A stretch of 46,068 nucleotides of DNA, from the IMG/VR virus record IMGVR_UViG_3300045988_011650; one strand, written 5' to 3'. Below are positions 43,146-46,068 of this stretch, in pieces. Each line of letters opens with the position of its first letter. Positions within the stretch are counted from its first letter, which is position 1. The notes under the pieces were generated by a model. The model was not told the origin of the DNA. It saw only the letters and a program-made list of their open reading frames with translations, and ran no database searches. Position numbers and translations under genes: made by a program. This DNA is from a virus.

Positions 43146-43364
43146 ATGTGGTGGGGGGCCGTGACCGTTGGGGTTACGGCCTTCACCCTTATTATGATTT
43201 GGCGCACGGAAAACCTTGAACCGCTGGCCTATCTAATTCCCGCCGTGTTCGCAGAATTGGCAACTGCAACCGGGTTTTACTATTCCAAAGCCAAGGCCGA
43301 AAACCGGATCAAACTTCGGAAACTATACGGCCCTGAAATTTATAACGATGCAAAGGAGATTTGA
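43146..43364 (+). CDS. Two-TM holin-like protein; the longest intact frame of a gene that may start at 43094
   Basis: AVTVGVTAFTLIMIW and LAYLIPAVFAELATATGFYY transmembrane segments; no RBS before 43146; see the G6 frameshift finding. Confidence 0.5.
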   Translation: MWWGAVTVGVTAFTLIMIWRTENLEPLAYLIPAVFAELATATGFYYSKAKAENRIKLRKLYGPEIYNDAKEI

Positions 43365-43367
43365 ACC

Positions 43368-43751
43368 ATGCTGAACGCTGTTTTGAACAACCTGATCAAT
43401 ATTGGGTGGGCCATGCTGATCTTCCTGTGTGCGTACCTGTCCAATGTAGCCTTTTCCCTTTACTACAACATCAAGGTTTTGCTTCAGCCCTTCGACAGAC
43501 AGAAGATGATCAATTCCGGGCTGAAGGTTGCCACCTTCGTTGTGGGCCTGACCTTGCTTTGTGTAGCAATCACCACCCTTCCGATTTATGCGGATCAGCT
43601 TGGGTGGGCAATCCCGGAAGAATACACAGAAATTTTTGCTGATTTGGTCATTGTGGGCGCTGTGCTGATGGTGTCTTGTAAGTATATCGCAGAAGCCTTC
43701 ACCAAGTTCAGGGCTATTCTTCAGGTGAAAGGAGATACAGAAAATGAGTAA
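43368..43751 (+). CDS. Holin (multi-TM)
   Basis: Three or four hydrophobic segments, charged C-terminus, RBS AAGGAG, immediately upstream of the endolysin gene. Confidence 0.75.
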   Translation: MLNAVLNNLINIGWAMLIFLCAYLSNVAFSLYYNIKVLLQPFDRQKMINSGLKVATFVVGLTLLCVAITTLPIYADQLGWAIPEEYTEIFADLVIVGAVLMVSCKYIAEAFTKFRAILQVKGDTENE

Positions 43752-44547
43752 TTCCCCCCTTGCAACCTATACCCGGATCACGAAAAACAAAACCAGCCCC
43801 CGGAACCATGCCATTGACACCATCACGATTCATTGTATCGTTGGGCAATGGACAGCAAAACAGGGGTGTGATTATTTCGCAACCACAAACCGGCAATGTT
43901 CCGCCAACTATGTTGTTGGTAAGGATGGTTCCATTGGCCTTTCCGTGGATGAAAAGGATCGTTCTTGGTGTTCCAGCAACGGCACCAATGACAACCGGGC
44001 AATCACCATTGAAGTTGCTTCTGACACCACCCACCCTTACGCCGTCACCGCCAAGGCTTATGCGGCCCTGTTGGATTTGGTAACGGATATTTGCAAGCGG
44101 AACGGGATCAAGAAGTTGGTATGGAGTACGAACAAGAATGACCGTGTGAACCATCGGAACGGATGCAACATGACCGTTCACCGTGACTTCGCCAACAAAG
44201 CCTGTCCGGGGGAATATCTTTATTCCAGACACGGGGAGATTGCCGCAGAAGTCAACAGAAGGCTTCAGGGCGCTTCCAATGGTGGTGAGGTAGTAGTTAC
44301 ACCCCCAGCCGCAGAAAAGCCCATAGGCGGCACCACAGGGGCCACCGTGACCCCTTACCTTGTGCGGGTGAAGATCACCAACCTGAATATCCGTAAAGGC
44401 CCCGGCACAAACTACGGTGCAACCGGCTACATCCAGCCCGGTATTTATACCATCGTGGCCGAAAGCACCGGTAAAGGTGCGGCCAAGTGGGGCAAACTGA
44501 AAAGCGGTGCCGGGTGGATTTCCCTTGACTACGCCACTAAAACCTGA
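43744..44547 (+). CDS. Endolysin: N-acetylmuramoyl-L-alanine amidase (Amidase_2) plus SH3b-like cell-wall-binding domain
   Basis: IDTITIHCIVGQW...SANYVVGKDGSIGL...NDNRAITIEVASD...HRDFANKACPG; C-terminal VKITNLNIRKGPGTNYGATGYIQPGIYTI...WGKLKSGAGWISLDY. Confidence 0.9.
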   Translation: MSNSPLATYTRITKNKTSPRNHAIDTITIHCIVGQWTAKQGCDYFATTNRQCSANYVVGKDGSIGLSVDEKDRSWCSSNGTNDNRAITIEVASDTTHPYAVTAKAYAALLDLVTDICKRNGIKKLVWSTNKNDRVNHRNGCNMTVHRDFANKACPGEYLYSRHGEIAAEVNRRLQGASNGGEVVVTPPAAEKPIGGTTGATVTPYLVRVKITNLNIRKGPGTNYGATGYIQPGIYTIVAESTGKGAAKWGKLKSGAGWISLDYATKT

Positions 44548-44558
44548 CCATGAGAAAA

Positions 44559-44592
44559 GGCCCTTCCGGTTCAAGCTGGAAGGGCCTTTTTT
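44559..44592 (+). terminator. Rho-independent terminator of the late/lysis operon
   Basis: GGCCCTTCC-10 nt-GGAAGGGCC followed by T6. Confidence 0.85.
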
Positions 44593-44717
44593 GCGTGTTT
44601 CTACTATGTTACTAATAACCCCGATTTCACCGAACTTCAAAGGGCTGAAATGTTTAGTATTTGGGTGCTTCAGAGCGTTGCAGAGTAGAAATATTTATGG
44701 TACAATAAAAACAGACG

Positions 44718-44757
44718 AACCCCGAACCCTTGATTTTTCAGGGGTTCGGGGTTTTCT
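44718..44757. terminator. Strong hairpin between the convergent lysis and int genes
   Basis: AACCCCGAACCC-12 nt-GGGTTCGGGGTT, then TTCTT. Confidence 0.5.
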
Positions 44758-44817
44758 TGTTACTAATGTGTGCATAGTTCAGCGTTCAGCGGCCTAAAAT
44801 GTTCACAGGTTTGAACC

Positions 44818-45831
44818 CTATGGAATCAGTTCCACGGTGGCCTTCAGTTCGCCCAAAGTCTTGTGATTATAGACCCGGTTTCCCGTGTCCTTGGACACAT
44901 GACCCATGAGCAAATCAATACATTTCCGGTTGGCCCCGGCGCTATCCAATTTGGTTTCAAAGGTGTGGCGGCATTCGTGCGGGGTATGGTTCAGCTTCAG
45001 GGCTTTCATAATATCCGCCCAAAATATCCGGTATTGGGTTTGGTTGCAAACTTTCCCGTTGTAGCTGATCAGCCGGGGGCCACCTTCGGCAAGCCGCCGT
45101 TCAATCAAGGGCCTGATCTTTGGATGGATGGGAACAATGCGGTTCTTACCGGCTTTCGTTTTGGTGCCGCCCTTCATCGTGCCTTCCTTCAAGTCTATAT
45201 CTTCAGGTTTCAGGTTCAGAAATTCAGAGATACGCCACCCGGAATATAGCAAGATCAAAACCGTATCAACCCAAGGATCAGACTGATGTTCCCAAACCGT
45301 TTTGATTTCATCGTTGGTGAACGGAAGGCGGCTGGTGGGCGGTATTGGATCAGAAGTCAGAAGTTCGGAGAAGCACCGGTTTATTATATCCATTTCAAGG
45401 GCGAACCGGTCAAGGTGGCCCCACAGGTTCTTGATGGCCGCTTGGGTGCTATACCCTTTCCCACAACCATCAATGGTTTCTTGCATTTGGTAGGATCGCA
45501 GTTGTTTATAAGGCTTGTTCACATACGCTGAACAATGCTTGAACGCTGAACAGAGGGAAGAACGGTTGGATTCCCCCAGCTTCGGGGCCTTCTTTTCTTT
45601 CCAGAGGTCAAAAAGCTGTTGAAGGGTGATCTTGGCCCGGTCAACATCCCAAGGATCACGGTTGTATTCAGCAAGCATGATGTTCCCGGCTTCACGGGTT
45701 TCAGCATAGCCGATAATGTCATAGATGGGGTGGCCTTTGTCATTCCAACCTATGGTTTTCTTCACAATGTATGGGCGGCGGCGTTGGCCTGATAGCTTTG
45801 CAACCGTTCCATACCCGTTTGGATTTCGCAT
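44818..45831 (-). CDS. int: Tyrosine integrase with N-terminal arm-type DNA-binding domain
   Basis: Start at MRNPNGYGTVAKLSGQRRRPYIVKK after AGGTGA; catalytic GWRISEF, HECRHTF, MGHVSKDTGNRVYNH. Confidence 0.9.
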   Translation of the reverse strand: MRNPNGYGTVAKLSGQRRRPYIVKKTIGWNDKGHPIYDIIGYAETREAGNIMLAEYNRDPWDVDRAKITLQQLFDLWKEKKAPKLGESNRSSLCSAFKHCSAYVNKPYKQLRSYQMQETIDGCGKGYSTQAAIKNLWGHLDRFALEMDIINRCFSELLTSDPIPPTSRLPFTNDEIKTVWEHQSDPWVDTVLILLYSGWRISEFLNLKPEDIDLKEGTMKGGTKTKAGKNRIVPIHPKIRPLIERRLAEGGPRLISYNGKVCNQTQYRIFWADIMKALKLNHTPHECRHTFETKLDSAGANRKCIDLLMGHVSKDTGNRVYNHKTLGELKATVELIP

Positions 45832-45880
45832 TATATCACCTGAACTTTCAAAATTGGGTATGGCAAAGCTAAACCCCATG

Positions 45881-45889
45881 TGATATAAT
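45881..45889 (+). promoter_or_regulatory. Extended -10 element TGATATAAT on the plus strand (antisense to the int leader)
   Basis: TG-A-TATAAT at 45881-45889; weak -35 (TGGCAA 45861-45866). Confidence 0.35.
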
Positions 45890-45935
45890 GTTCAAAGGCG
45901 TTTGAAACATTAACTTCAAAAGGGTTTGTTTCGCC

Positions 45936-45978
45936 TGACCGCTTCCGGTGTGCAAGACCGGGGGCGGTCATTTTTTTT
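45936..45978 (+). terminator. Strong plus-strand rho-independent terminator upstream of int
   Basis: TGACCGCTTCCGG-tgtgcaaga-CCGGGGGCGGTCA (13 bp including two G-U pairs) followed by T8. Confidence 0.7.
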
Positions 45979-46068
45979 GCATTTGTTCCATATCCGTTCC
46001 GCTTAAAATCCTTGTGGGGTGTGGCTTTGAGAGAATGGAACACTTGGAACGGATATTATATTACTTCA
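45970..46068 (+). repeat. Terminal direct repeat, right copy (identical to 1-99)
   Basis: Exact 99-nt match to the window start; the window ends exactly at the repeat end. Confidence 0.95.

Larger units (their letters stand above)
1..46068. mobile_element. Complete temperate phage genome (contractile tail, PBSX/Xkd-like tail module), circularly closed contig
   Basis: Full set of lysogeny, replication, packaging, head, tail and lysis modules; the window starts and ends with the same 99 nt. Confidence 0.85.

Noticed and set aside
45521-45552. Two CGCTGAAC copies inside int as arm-type sites
   Set aside because: They lie within the coding sequence and mirror a repeated Ser-Ala-Phe/Tyr peptide (SAFKHCSAYV). 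Codon-level coincidence is plausible, so they are mentioned only as context for the attP candidate.
1-46068. CRISPR arrays, rRNA genes, IS elements or transposase genes
   Set aside because: I found no regularly spaced repeat-spacer array, no rRNA-like sequence, and no transposase-like ORF or inverted terminal repeats anywhere in the window.

Overview
The window is one complete, circularly closed temperate phage genome. Bases 1-99 recur exactly at 45970-46068, so the unique length is about 45.97 kb. The protein families point to a Bacillota/Clostridia-type host, and the contractile-tail module resembles PBSX (Xkd).

Layout:
- Minus-strand lysogeny module: tyrosine integrase (44818-45831), CI/LexA-like HTH+S24 repressor (775-1461) and an AT-rich membrane-anchored moron (229-774).
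- Divergent switch region (1462-1662) with five GTGCAC-core palindromes.
- One long plus-strand array follows, in this order:
  - Early regulators: XRE HTHs and a PAPS-reductase-like PP-loop enzyme.
  - Replication and recombination: SNF2 helicase, VRR-NUC, a Cas4-like nuclease fused to an AAA_24-type ATPase, a DUF669-like protein, a polymerase with family-B-like motifs, and a prim-pol/P4-type primase-helicase.
  - Nucleotide and DNA modification: NPPY methyltransferase, DUF1599-like protein, MazG and ThyX.
  - Late activator, TerS, TerL and portal.
  - Two tRNAs.
  - MuF-like head protein, scaffold, capsid and connectors.
  - Sheath and tube, then a tail chaperone with an A_AAA_AAC -1 frameshift, and the tape measure.
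  - XkdP-U-like baseplate, tail fibre and lysis cassette.

Main finding: a diversity-generating retroelement (DGR) sits between the tail fibre and the lysis genes.
- The variable repeat (VR, 39222-39345) is at the fibre C-terminus. The template repeat (TR, 40267-40390) differs from it at 11 positions, all TR adenines.
- The cassette also has an Avd-like gene, a reverse transcriptase (LGVEPSQ and YMDD motifs), a GC hairpin downstream of VR, and an unusual ribbon-helix-helix gene.

Other points worth follow-up:
- Two diverged copies of a ~200-bp non-coding module packed with GGAACAGAT/ATCTGTTCC iterons bracket the non-structural half of the genome.
- An identical 19-mer lies in two early intergenic regions.
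- There are four G/C homopolymer tracts of 9 nt or more, one inside the methyltransferase gene.
- A holin-like gene is split by a G6 run.
- A tRNA-Glu-like gene has C33 instead of U33.
- A promoter-plus-terminator pair upstream of int could encode a small RNA.

All family names are based on motifs read by eye in the translations. No database search was run.
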